From Paragordius varius (lineage: Eukaryota > Animalia > Nematomorpha): a stretch of 64,000 nucleotides of DNA. Position numbers and translations under genes: made by a program. The stretch covers positions 1,302,001 to 1,366,000 of the forward strand of contig OZ176056.1 of NCBI GenBank assembly GCA_964247055.1. Direction: 5' to 3'. Under the pieces are notes generated by a model, which was not told where the DNA came from, made no database searches, and was given only the letters and a program-made list of their open reading frames with translations. Of this stretch, positions 10,087-22,600 are shown piece by piece. The stretch's first letter is position 1, and every line of letters starts with the position of its first letter.

Positions 10087-12652
10087 TAATATGAATATGA
10101 GTATAGAGTACATAAAAATGGCGGATCAATATGTCCCGGTTCCAGGCGGTTCCAACAATCACAATTACGCCAATGTTGAACTCATTGTAGAGATTTGTGT
10201 GCGGACGGGGGCGGATGCAGTTTGGGCCGGTTGGGGTCATGCCAGTGAGAATCCGGCCCTGCCTTTCGCTTTAGCGGACCGCTGCCTAGCTTTCTTGGGC
10301 CCTTCGGCATTTGCTATGCATGCCCTGGGTGATAAAATAGCCTCCACACTGATTGCACAAAGCGCTCATGTTCCTACCCTGGCTTGGAGTGGATCAGGTT
10401 AATGTTTTAAGATCTATATTGAGGTTTTGTGGTTTTTTGAGGGGTGGATTTAAAGGTTTGAAATACCGAAAGATTTAAATGGTTTTGTGAGTTTTTGTTT
10501 GGTTTTAAAGGTTTGAAATGTGGTTTTAACGGTTAAAAATACCGAAGGCTTAAATGGTTTTGTGAGTTTTGGCTAAGAAAATAAATATATAAGGTAATGA
10601 ATGATTTTAGAATTTAAAAGATGAGTTTTATTTCCAACAAATATTTTTTGTTTTATTAGGGATTTCTGGCTATTGAAACTTTAAACCTATAAGTTTGGGC
10701 GTACGTTTCTATTTTGATTTGATGGAGATTAGTTAGATATTCTAATATTTTCAATGATTCATAAATGTCAAAGAATTAGAATATAAGCTAAATGTTTTCA
10801 AAATCTGCTTTGAATTATAAATATATATGATATTGTGCACATAATAATTTTAAGGTAAGAACCAATATATGGTTAAATGGTAAAAAATATTGTTGTATTG
10901 AAATAAATTATGGTGGTATTTTATAATTTTAATGTTGCAACTTATTATAAGACTTATATTGCTCTAAATTTTTTAGTTGTACCGGAATATTAAAAAACCC
11001 TTTTGTCATACCGTAATATAATGCATTTTTTTAAAAAGCAAATTCTTAAATTATATTTATGTTTTATAATTATAAACTTAAGATTATCAAATTTAAAATC
11101 TTATTATCGTTTTTTAGTTAATTTACAGTAAAAATTGAAATTATACAGACAAAATATGACAAATTAAAAGATAAATCTTTTTTTACAAAAGACTCATTTT
11201 GTTTAATCTTGATTTTTGAAATATTATATTTTATTTTTTGTTGCAAAAATAGAGATATAAATATCTACGTAACTCAATTACATAAAATTGTTATATTCAG
11301 TTTATGTGAGAACAATCCATGTTTAAGAATGAATAGCAGTCTTTCAAAAGTTGTTTTTTTACGTTTTATCCATTTTTTAATTGAAATAATTTTATTATTG
11401 AAACTTGAATGCAGGCATAGAGATTGAAAATTTTGAGGTCAAAAGTCGCTCCCTACAACAAAGTATAAATGCTGAACATTTTGTTAATCAATCCCTCATG
11501 ACTAAAAGTATTACTGTTTCAACAACCAAACAAATAACTAATGTAGGAAATAGTGTTTCTACTTCAGCATCGCAAAACTCTGCCACATATTATGATTTGG
11601 ATAATTTAAATAACTTAATCCCAACTGAAATATATGAATCGGCTTGTATCTCAAACTGTGAACAAGGATTACAAGTTTAAATACACTTTTTTTCGAGTTT
11701 TTTGGGTTACTAAGGGTGTTTTAAAAAGTATATTGGGTTTTTAGAGTTTTTTAATAATATTTTATAAATTTTAAGGTTTTATATCAAAATTTAGTTAAAA
11801 TGTTGTATATATATATATATATAGCTGATTTATGAGTCGTGATGTTCAAAAACAAATAGAATTCATCCTGTGTAAAACTATATTCATATCTTTGATTTTA
11901 GCTTTAAAACCTTTGTAAGTAAAAAAAAATTTAAAATTAAGTTATTACCAATTATCATCTTTTACTTGTATCGCCATCCAAAACGAAATATATTAGATAA
12001 TAAAAATCATGGTTTTAAAGAATAGTTTTTTTTAAAATAAATTTTAGCTTAAAGGTTTAAATCAAATTGTAGCATTTGTATATAATTTTTTATATTTTTT
12101 CATATTTTTATTAACAAAAAATTTTTTTTCAGATGAGCAAAAAAATTGGATATCCCATTATGATAAAAGCTTCTGAAGGTGGTGGAGGTAAAGGGATACG
12201 TAAAGTATTAAAACCTGAAGATTTTCCAATAGCTTTTAAACAGGTAAATTTTTTTAAAATATTTTTTTTAAATTGGAAAATCTAATAATATATTTTACAA
12301 AAGGTATCTCTCTAAAACAAGTTATATAAACAGTGATGGCAAATTTATTTAATTAATATAAATTTAAAATCATCCAATTGACTTAACATTTGAATTTGAA
12401 TAATTTTTATTCAAAATATATAATTTTCCAACCTTAAATTTGTTAGCAATTAACATCATAGTAAATTATATATTTTCCAAATTATTTGTTTTTATGTCGA
12501 TGGGTGGGTTAATAAAATTTTATGCTATAATTAATGATGTTACTGATATTTGCATTAACCGCTTTATTTATAAAATAATTTTTTACAAAATTTAATTTTA
12601 TAATTTTTAAACGTTATTCAATACAATTCTAATATTATTTTTGTTTGATATG

Positions 12653-12837
12653 CATACCACTTACAATTCAAATTCACCCTAAATTATTTGTTTGCACGCT
12701 AATATAACTCATCATTAATAGCATAGTTTATTATCTTTGAACGAAATTTCATTTTTTAAAAATAAAAGATAAGCATTTTTTAATCTTTAGAAACACATAA
12801 TTTATTTTAGGGTGAATTCGAAGCATAAATGGTATAT
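12653..12837. mobile_element. MITE family A, shorter copy in ACC intron 5
   Basis: Left end CATACCACTTACAATTCAAATTCACCC, right end GGGTGAATTCGAAGCATAAATGGTATAT. Confidence 0.7.
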
Positions 12838-15800
12838 TAAAATAAATTTATAATATAATACCACAGCATACACATCGTAAAGACCATTTTATTCCTAAAT
12901 ATAAAATATTAATCTTTTTTAAATAATTTGCGTATTTGAGCCAAAATTTATTTTTATTACCAATAATAAAATTTTATAATGCTATGTACTAAAAGGTTCA
13001 AACTGAAGTCCCAGGATCACCCATTTTCTTGATGGCCCTTGCTAGCCATTGTCGGCATTTGGAAGTTCAACTACTGGCTGATAGGTATGGAATAGCTATT
13101 TCTCTCTTTGGTCGAGATTGTTCCATTCAAAGGCGACATCAAAAGATTATTGAAGAAGCTCCGGTTACCATAGCAACCGCCCACGTTATTGAAGAAATGG
13201 AGAAGGTTTTTATGGAATAAACTAAAAAAAATTTTTGGGGTGTGTTTTTGGTGTTTTAAATAATTCAAAATGTTTTGAAAGATTTAAGTGTTTTTCGAAA
13301 ATGGAAATAATGGTTTTTTGTGTTTTCTTAATATTTAAAAATTATTGTTTTTGAGAGTTTTGGGAATATAAAAGTGTTTGAGATTAATAATAAGTTATGT
13401 ATACGTATTTAGTGTAATTTTGGTTCAATAAAGAATTATTTTTTTTAAACGGTCAATAAAGGTAAGTGTTTCAAGCTCTTTAAGTATTAGGTGTTTCTTC
13501 ACGTTTAAATGGTTGTTTTAAAAATGTATTAATATGTATTAAGTTTTATGTTGATATTATAGGTTATAGTCATGTTAATGTGCAGTAAAAATAATAAAGG
13601 CAATAATTTTTTTTAAAGACAATCTTACTTTTTTAATTCTTGATTTATTCTATAAAAATGATTTAATTACAATCGTAAAATAAATAATTGATTGTGTTAT
13701 CAATTTACACATCTATTTTGTATTTTGCAGTTAACAATCAGTTACATTAAAATAAAATTATCATTCATAATGTATTTTAAAAAAATATTTGTCCTTATAT
13801 CTTTACGTTTCGTCCGTATATTTTTAATTTTTACTGTCATTTTCATAGCTGCTTGTAGAGAATTGTTATAATATCTCGAAATAATGTACTTTTTATTATC
13901 CGGCTTAATAGGATTTGAAATTTATTAAAATTAATTAATAATATAAGCTTTTCTGGGTTCATCGAAATTGGTAAATTAATTTATATTGGCTAATTCACAT
14001 TATTATTGTAACACAGTAGCATATAAAATAAATCAAATTTTGTCCACAATTTAATCAACAAATTTAATGAGATGTGAATAGAAAAAACTTTTTATATATC
14101 TGTAGGCCGCTGTAAGATTAGCTCGTATGGTAGGATATGTTAGTGCAGGAACTGTTGAATACTTGTATGATACGGCGAAGGGCACTTTTTGCTTTTTAGA
14201 ACTAAATCCTAGACTCCAAGTTGAACACCCGTGTACAGAAATGATTTGTGACATTAATTTACCGGCTTGTCAATTACAGGTAATTTAAGATTATCTAAAA
14301 GCTTGGAAAATCTAATTTCGTAACACCTCAAAGAGTTTAAATATTATTAAAGGAAATAGTCTTTTAGATTTGGAGAATTTAAATTAGTTTATATTTTTTG
14401 AACTTTTTATAACATGGATAAGTGACGCAATCAAGTTGTTATAATATTTTCTGAAATATAAGTTAGTTTAATAAAGTGCTTGTTAACTAAACTTCATTTA
14501 TATTATATTAGGAAAAATAGGTTTTTGATTTTTTTGATTATGAATTCTATATTAGTTATGTTATAAGGGAATATTATAATTAACTGAAAGTTTTTCTTTA
14601 TCACAAAAAATACTTTTTTCAATTGTTTAAGATTCTCCTGTCAAAAAATTTGTAATACGCTTAATATATTTTACAGTACAAATTTTTATATATGTATCAA
14701 TGTAAGATTTACAAAAGAAATCTGAGCGAATAGTGTTTAATACATAAAATATAAATTACACCAAATAAAGTTAATATTCGAAAATTAAATTTTTTGAATT
14801 TAAATATTTAGATTGCTATGGGCTTACCACTTTACCGTATAAAAGATATTCGAGTTTATATGGGTCTATCTCCGTGGTTTATGGTGGAATCACTCTCACC
14901 TCAAAGTAAATTTAAATTTTTTAATTTTTCAATTTTTTTGGATCGAAAAATGTAAAATAATTATTAAAAATTATTTAGGAATTGGTAAATGAATCAGGAA
15001 TTTTTGCGGGTTTTTATAAAATAATAAAATTAATTTTATAATTTTTTCTTATAAATCTAAATGTGAAAAAAATAATTTTATAGATACATTTATCTTGTTT
15101 TGGATTGTAAATTAGATTTATTTTAATAATATAGATTATAGACGCTTGAAACCATGTGATTTATATTCAAATACAAATAATTTGCTTTAACAAAAAATTT
15201 ACTTAGATTCATTCTTAAATGCCTTATTTTATTAATCTTTTATGGTGTTTTTAGTACCCATTACTGCTAATACAAATGCCATGATAAAACAAACTGTTAC
15301 GGAAACTTCCCCTACTAACCAAAATGATAAAATTCAAATTTCAAGCCAAAAAACTGAAATATCTGAAAATTATATTAATGAAAATGAAAATGCTTATTCT
15401 AGCGGCCCGCTAGAAAATATTTTGGTTCGAAATCAACGCTTAAATAATTCCATTACTGATGGATATTCAATCTTGTCAGCAGCCAGCGTAGATTCTCAAT
15501 ATAAACCGCGACCCCGGGGACATGTCATAGCTTGTAGGATAACGAGTGAAAATCCTGACGAAGGATTTAAACCAACGTCGGGGCAAATTCAAGTAACTTT
15601 TTTGATTTTTTATGTTAAATATTTGATTTTAAGGGTTTTATAAGTTTTGTAAAGTCGCGTTAGTTTTTATTATTTGGTGTTTTGTAAGATTGTGATTTTT
15701 TGAGGTTAAAAAAAGCGGTTAGTTTTATACAATTTATATGTGCAATAAAATATATATTTTTGGTATAATTTAAACATACCACATGAAAAATATTCGATAA

Positions 15801-16674
15801 TTTTGTTACTAATTCAACTATTCCTTATTTTTAAGCCATAACAATAGGTATTAGTAACAATCCATTGCTTGACGTAATATATCTGTATAAAAATTAAATA
15901 ATATAAGAGCGCCTTTTATTAATATTTACCTTAATTAAGAATATATAAATTTTAGATTAAAACAACACATCCATTTTTGGTTTAGGGGAAGTTTTATTCT
16001 TAACTTAAAAATTTTGTATTGTATTATAAGAAATTATCAAACTGGAATTGTGATCTAGAAATGACAATTACTCATGAAATAATATATTTTTATATGATTT
16101 TTTTTAAATATAATATTTACTTTGAATATCCATTATTTATTTCAATTATTTATTTATTTATTTGAACATACATACATTTTTTTAGGAACTTAATTTCCGG
16201 AGTAACAAAAATATTTGGGGATATTTTAGTGTTGCTTCGGGCGGTTTGCATGAATTTGCCGATTCCCAATTTGGGCATTGTTTCTCGTGGGGTGAAAACC
16301 GTGATGAGGCTAGACAGTATTCCTTTAAATCTATTTTAACTTTTAAAACTTCTATCTTTAAAACCTATAAGTTTTGAAACTTTTGACAAAAATGTTCACA
16401 TAATAGAGTTATAATTCATAAAAATGTTGGAATGTTTTTTTGAAAATGGATATGTATATATAGTATAGTTAATATACTTTTATATTTTTTAATATAAAAA
16501 GTTAATGTGGAGTTATAATTTATCAAAAATTTTGGGTGTTTATTTAAAAAAGTGATACCTAGCATTTATATGTATGTCTATATATATATATATATATAGT
16601 GATAATTTTAAATTTTTTGGTTTTTGTAAAATATAATGTTGACTTTTCTATATATTTATTGAACTTTATTTCTA

Positions 16675-16676
<2 letters not shown>

Positions 16677-16710
<34 letters not shown>
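16677..16710. repeat. (TA)n microsatellite (one of many)
   Basis: Pure TA run. Others lie at ~1141, 9737, 16580, 18348-18382, 32490-32521, 42088, 45148-45186, 51922-51950 and 52190-52222. Confidence 0.9.
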
Positions 16711-16712
<2 letters not shown>

Positions 16713-17477
16713 TCATATATTAGATTTCGGATTTTTGAGTCAAAGTTTAACAATAATATTAATCTTTCATAAACTTTTTTAAAAAATATGTTATTTTGGG
16801 GTGTTAAATATAATTTTTGAATTACATTTTCCGGGTATTATTTTTAAAAAATTTTAATTTATTAAATAATTTTTTTTACAAATTTAGTACATTTCCAATT
16901 TAATTTCGAATAATTTACAATTTGTTTCGCTTAATTCTTAATTAATTTAGGAATTTGGTTGTTGGCCTTAAAGAGTTATCGATTAAGGGTGATTTTAGAA
17001 CTACTGTTGAATACCTTATAACTTTGTTGGAAACGGAAAGTTTTTAAAAAAATAATTTTGATACCGAATGGTTGGATAAACTTATTGCTGAAAAATTTCA
17101 AGTATTATATGATAATTTATTTTACCTAAGATACAAGTTTTAGGATTTTTTATTAAATAAAGATTTAAAGTATTAAATATTTGCTTAATTATATTTAAAT
17201 TTATGTATTTAAGGCCATTAAATTTATTATAAATATATATAAAATGGAATTTTATACATTTTCTTACTTTTACTGATTCCTGAAAACTTCAATTTGTAAT
17301 TGGAATAAATAGTTTCTCAGTTATCTGATCTTTTAAAAACAATTGAACGCGTCATATAATTTTAAATAAAGCAATAATAATATTAAAAAGTTAACGTTTG
17401 GTTTTCACAAAATTTTACATCGTTTTTATTGTATAAACGGTTTTAATTAGATTGATGTTTGATTGATTTTAAACAAG

Positions 17478-18340
17478 CTTTGATATATGGTGTAGTTAGT
17501 CTTAACAATGTGGGACAATATGTTCTTAATCAGGAAGGTAATATACATTAAATTTTGTAATCTTACGTCTATATTTTTTTAAAAACATCTTTTTAACGTT
17601 ATATATAGATTTGTCAAGATGGGTGGTCAAAATAAAAGGCGTATCCCTGATAAATGGCACAACCGCTGGAAATACAAATTCTTTAGATTTATTAGCTTTT
17701 CTTGCCAACCCCTTAATTAATTATCCTGAAAAAGCAAAAGACATCCGTGGCCTAGAAATTTTCTTGACAAGCCCAGGGAAAGATTTACCAACTAAAAGAG
17801 GATTTATTTCGGTATATTTTTGATGGATTTTAATAATTTTAAATTTATGACAAGCTTTTACCCAAAATCTGAAACTATAAATATCTTCGGTTTAAACCAC
17901 AAAATATAAGACTTTATCACAATGTATATGGTTATTAGGAGTCATATATTTGAATCATTATATAAAGGCAGACGAGTACGTTTTATAACTAGTTGTCTAA
18001 ATTTATATTATATTATAATTTGCCTTTTTCGTAATAAATAATAAAATTATACGGACGAAAAAATATAAAGACCATATTTTTTTAAAGTCTGCTGTAATTT
18101 ATTAAACGTATTTTTAAATATTATTCATAGTTTTTGAATTTCAAAGTATGAAATAAAAATCTATTTTGGTAATACGATTAATTATGTTATTTTCCAATTG
18201 TAATAAAATAATTTCTGTAAATGGTTTATAGTATGATTATCTTGAAAAAGTATATGTCTTTATATTTTTACTGTAATTTCAATTTTTACTGTAAAATATT
18301 TTGAGAGATGTTCTGTCTGTATAAAAACCAATTTTTACTG

Positions 18341-18385
<45 letters not shown>

Positions 18386-18589
18386 TACGACCCAAACATT
18401 TTATGTATTTGTATAAAAACTAATGTGTGCATTTCTTTTTTTTAGGCGGTTTCTGATAATTATCGCTTCCCATATGTTTTTCCCGATACGGAATACGAGA
18501 TTGTGGTTAGACCAGTCTTTATAAATCAAGATGCCGCATCCACAGAAGCAAGTTCACATCGTGTTTATGTTCAAACGAATCACTGCTAA
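17478..18589 (+). CDS. 3' fragment of an unrelated gene, fibronectin type III-like C-terminus (copy A)
   Basis: Exons 17478-17537 (tentative), 17609-17811 and 18446-18589 (TAA) join in frame: ...YGVVSLNNVGQYVLNQEDLSRWVVKIKG...KDIRGLEIFL...AVSDNYRFPYVFPDTEYEIVVRPVFINQDAASTEASSHRVYVQTNHC*. The PDTEYEIVVRPV...S..V.VQT segment resembles the FN3 L-x-P-x-T-x-Y strand F/G signature. It is not ACC sequence. Confidence 0.5.
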
Positions 18590-19647
18590 TCATGAAACTA
18601 AATATAAAAAAAACTATATAATTAAAATAAATATGGGTTATCGGGCGGTGGTTTAAACTACGATGTGATATGTTTGATTAATACATTTACAGATATTAAC
18701 CTAACCTTTTTAATCTATAGTATATCCTGGAAACTACAAATAAATTTTAGTTATTATGGCTAATAGATATAAATATATACCTGATCGAGTTGGGGTTTTA
18801 TTTGCTTAATATTCTACATTACGCTTTTGTTGATAAAAGATCTCTCTCCGATGTTTCAATATCTACCCGTGATTTATTTTATGGACCCCAGTTTGAATTG
18901 AGAAATATTAGGAGATGACTTGTTGTAATACATTAATCAATATCAAATTTAGGAATTTATTATCATTAACCTATGGATAGGAATCTAACTTGATTTTACT
19001 GTAACGGTCAACACAGATTATCGTATTATTGTGTTTTACATCCACTGATTACCAAAGTCGCCATTTTTCAGTAACAAGATTGATGTTTAAGGTTGTCTTA
19101 TACGAGTAAATTGCAAGCAGATTATGGAGGTCGGTTTATATCAAAACTTAAATTGGTTTGAAGAAATATGAGACTAACACACTAGGTGGATATCCTATAA
19201 AAAGTCGATTTTCTTATAAGTTATTATCTTTAATATTTTCAAATTTTCGCTAATTTTTGTATGAAACTTACAGTAATTTAACTTACACAGACAACATGCA
19301 AAAATTAAAAATAACCATTTCTTTTTTTTGTTTTTTTATTTAACTCTTTGGGTTGTGAAATGGGGATTAGAGATGTAAATTGGTTTAGCTTATTTTTATA
19401 ATTATGGGAATCATAATTTATGAATAAGTAGATTAGTCTTTTAAAAAATGATTTTTCAATTTTTCCATGTTGTGTTTGTAATATTAATATTTGTGAAATA
19501 GCTTTTTCTCGTTATTGTACAAAATGCTTAAAACATGAGCATATATAATTTAAGCAACAATCATTTTATTAAAGTTAATGTTTTTTAAATAATAACACAC
19601 AAATAGAATACATAAACCCTACAACCTTCTCTTGTTTTGAAAATCGG

Positions 19648-22600
19648 TGGGTTCGGTGATGAGTGGTGGTAAAAAACAATAAAACGGTAACCTATTTAGT
19701 CCTTTACAGTAAACTCAAGTTAGCCAAATCTTACAATAAACCGTCCGGCAAACTCTGTTTTCAATCAATTCTCAACTCGTTAACAACCAAAACACCGTCT
19801 ATCTTGTTACTGAATGGCGGCTTCGGTGATGAGTGGATGTACACAATAATACTTTAATCTGTTTAGTCCTTTACAGTAAACTCAGTTAGCCAAGTCTTTA
19901 CAATAAACCGTCCGGCAAAATCTGTTTTCAATCAATTCTCAACTCGTTAACAACCAAAACACCGTCTATCTTGTTACTGAATTGGGGCTTCGGTGATGAG
20001 TGGATGTACACAATAATACTTTAATCTGTTTAGTCCTTTACAGTAAACTCAAGTTAGCCAAATCTTACAATAAACCGTCCTGCGAAATCTGTTTTCAATC
20101 AATTCTCAACTCGTTAACAACCAAAACACCGTCTATCTTGTTACTGAATTGGGGCTTCGGTGATGAGTGGATATACACAATAATACTTTAATCTGTTTAG
20201 TCCTTTACAGTAAATTCAAGTTAGCCAAGTCTTTACAATAAACCGTCCGGCAAAATCTGTTTTCAATCAATTCTCAACTCGTTCACAAACAAAACACCGT
20301 CTATCTTCTTACTGAATTGGGGCTTCGGTGATGAGTGGATGTACACAATAATACTTTAATCTGTTTAGTCCTTTACAGTAAACTCAAGTTAGCCAAGTCT
20401 TTACAATAAACCGTCCGGCAAAATCTGTTTTCAATCAATTCTCAACTCGTTCACAACCAAAACACCGTCTATGTTGTTACTGAATTGGGGCTTCGGTGAT
20501 GAGTGGATGTACACAATAATACTTTAATCTGTTTATTCCTTTACAGTAAACTCAAGTTAGCCAAATCTTACAATAAACAGTCCTGCGAAATCTGTTTTCA
20601 ATCAATTCTCAACTCGTTAACAACCAAAACACCGTCTATCTTGTTACTGAATGGCGGCTTCGGTGATGAGTGGATGTACACAATAATACTTTAATCTGTT
20701 TAGTCCTTTACAGTAAACTCAAGTTAGCCAAGTCTTTACAATAAACCGTCCGGCAAAATCTGTTTTCAATCAATTCTCAACTCGTTAACAACCAAAACAC
20801 CGTCTATCTTGTTACTGAATTGGGGCTTCGGTGATGAGTGGATGTACACAATAATACTTTAATCTGTTTAGTCCTTTACAGTAAACTCAAGTTAGCCAAG
20901 TCTTTACAATAAACCGTCCGGCAAAATCTGTTTTCAATCAATTCTCAACTCGTTAACAACCAAAACACCGTCTATCTTGTTACTGAATTGGGGCTTCGGT
21001 GATGAGTGGATGTACACAATAATACTTTAATCTGTTTAGTCCTTTACGGTAAACTCAAGTCAGCCAAGTCTTTACAATAAACCGTCCGGCAAAATCTGTT
21101 TTAAATCAATTCTCAACTCGTTAACAACCAAAACACCGTCTATCTTGTTACTGAATTGGGGCTTCGGTGATGAGTGGATGTACACAATAATACTTTAATC
21201 TGTTTAGTCTTTTACAGTAAACTCAATTTAGCCAAGTCTTTACAATAAACCGTCCGGCAAAATCTGTTTTCAATCAATTTTCAACTCGTTAACAGCCAAA
21301 ACACCGTCTATCTTGTTACTGAATTGGGGCTTCGGTGATGAGTGGATGTACAAAATAATACTTTAATCTGTTTAGTCCTTTACAGTAAACTCAAGTTAGC
21401 CAAGTCTTTACAATAAACCGTCCGGCAAAATCTGTTTTCAATCAATTTTCAACTCGTTAACAACCAAAACACCGTCTATCTTGTTACTGAATTGGGGCTT
21501 CGGTGATGAGTGGATGTACACAATAATACTTTAATCTGTTTAGTCCTTTACAGTAAACTCAAGTTAGCCAAATCTTACAATAAACCGTCCGGCAAAATCT
21601 GTTTTCAATCAATTTTCAACTCGTTAACAACCAAAACACCGTCTATCTTGTTACTGAATTGGGGCTTCGGTGATGAGTGGATGTACACAATAATACTTTA
21701 ATCTGTTTAGTCCTTTACAGTAAACTCAAGTTAGCCAAATCTTACAATAAACCGTCCGGCAAAATCTGTTTTCAATCAATTCTCAACTCGTTAACAACCA
21801 AAACACCGTCTATCTTGTTACTGAATGGCGGCTTCGGTGATGAGTGGATGTACACAATAATACTTTAATCTGTTTAGTCCTTTACAGTAAACTCAAGTTA
21901 GCCAAGTCTTTACAATAAACCGTCCGGCAAAATCTGTTTTCAATCAATTCTCAACTCGTTAACAACCAAAACACCGTCTATCTTGTTACTGAATTGGGGC
22001 TTCGGTGATGAGTGGATGTACACAATAATACTTTAATCTGTTAAGTCCTTTACAGTAAACTCAAGATAGCCAAATCTTACAATAAACCGTCCTGCGAAAT
22101 CTGTTTTCAATCAATTCTCAACTCGTTAACAACCAAAACACCGTCTATCTTGTTACTCAATTGGGGCTTCGGTGATGAGTGGATATACACAATAATACTT
22201 TAATCTGTTTAGTCCTTTACAGTAAACTCAAGTTAGCCAAGTCTTTACAATAAACCGTCCGGCAAAATCTGTTTTCAATCAATTTTCAACTCGTTAACAG
22301 CCAAAACACCGTCTATCTTGTTACTGAATTGGGGCTTCGGTGATGAGTGGATGTACACCATAATACTTTAATCTGTTTAGTCCTTTACAGTAAACTCAAG
22401 TTAGCCAAGTCTTTACAATAAACCGTCCGGCAAAGTCTGTTTTCAATCAATTTTCAACTCGTTAACAACCAAAACACCGTCTATGTTGTTACTGAATTGG
22501 GGCTTCGGTGATGAGTGGATGTACACAATAATACTTTAATCTGTTTATTCCTTTACAGTAAACTCAAGTTAGCCAAATCTTACAATAAACCGTCCTGCGA

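Larger units (their letters stand above)
8843..17101 (+). pseudogene. ACC: Acetyl-CoA carboxylase 5' fragment (biotin-carboxylase domain), copy A, with late nonsense codon
   Basis: 11 GT-AG exons with consistent phases: 8843-8971, 8997-9135, 10107-10397, 11415-11674, 12133-12243, 12996-13205, 14106-14279, 14812-14905, 15255-15592, 16186-16316, 16951-17101. Diagnostic motifs include [87 protein letters not shown] and [15 protein letters not shown] at 17045-17047 replaces the CAA seen in copy B, leaving 657 codons. No BCCP or carboxyltransferase exons follow. Confidence 0.93.

Noticed and set aside
10007-10240. Minus-strand ORF with NSPLNNS repeats (also 49289-49474, 13071-13268, 14051-14254, 48540-48722)
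   Set aside because: These are antisense shadows of ACC exons and of the MITE 21-bp sub-repeats.
17045-17047. TAA reassigned to Gln (alternative genetic code)
   Set aside because: This is the only in-frame TAA in ~675 ACC codons, Gln is otherwise CAA or CAG, and TAA ends the other predicted genes. A C>T nonsense change is simpler.
8843-17101. Bacterial-type stand-alone biotin carboxylase (accC) or horizontal transfer
   Set aside because: The gene has spliceosomal introns and eukaryotic, animal-type ACC motifs ([30 protein letters not shown]).
17611-17823. This ORF as the continuation of ACC (BT/BCCP region)
   Set aside because: It has no resemblance to the AERPD…GVVCGA/…EVMKM sequence expected after AEKxQ, and the splice phase does not match exon 11.
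19810-19835. Hammerhead ribozyme or box C/D motif in the satellite (CTGA…CTTCGG-TGATGAG)
   Set aside because: The core reads GTGATGAG rather than CTGANGA and I see no supporting helices. The CTGA is deleted in many monomers (GTTAATTGGGG), so it appears unconstrained. A covariance-model search would settle it.
20030-20060. 9-nt phase-1 pseudo-exon in every monomer (TGTTTAG|TCCTTTACA|GTAAAC)
   Set aside because: Such a match is expected by chance in a 167-bp AT-rich unit, and nothing places the array inside a transcript.
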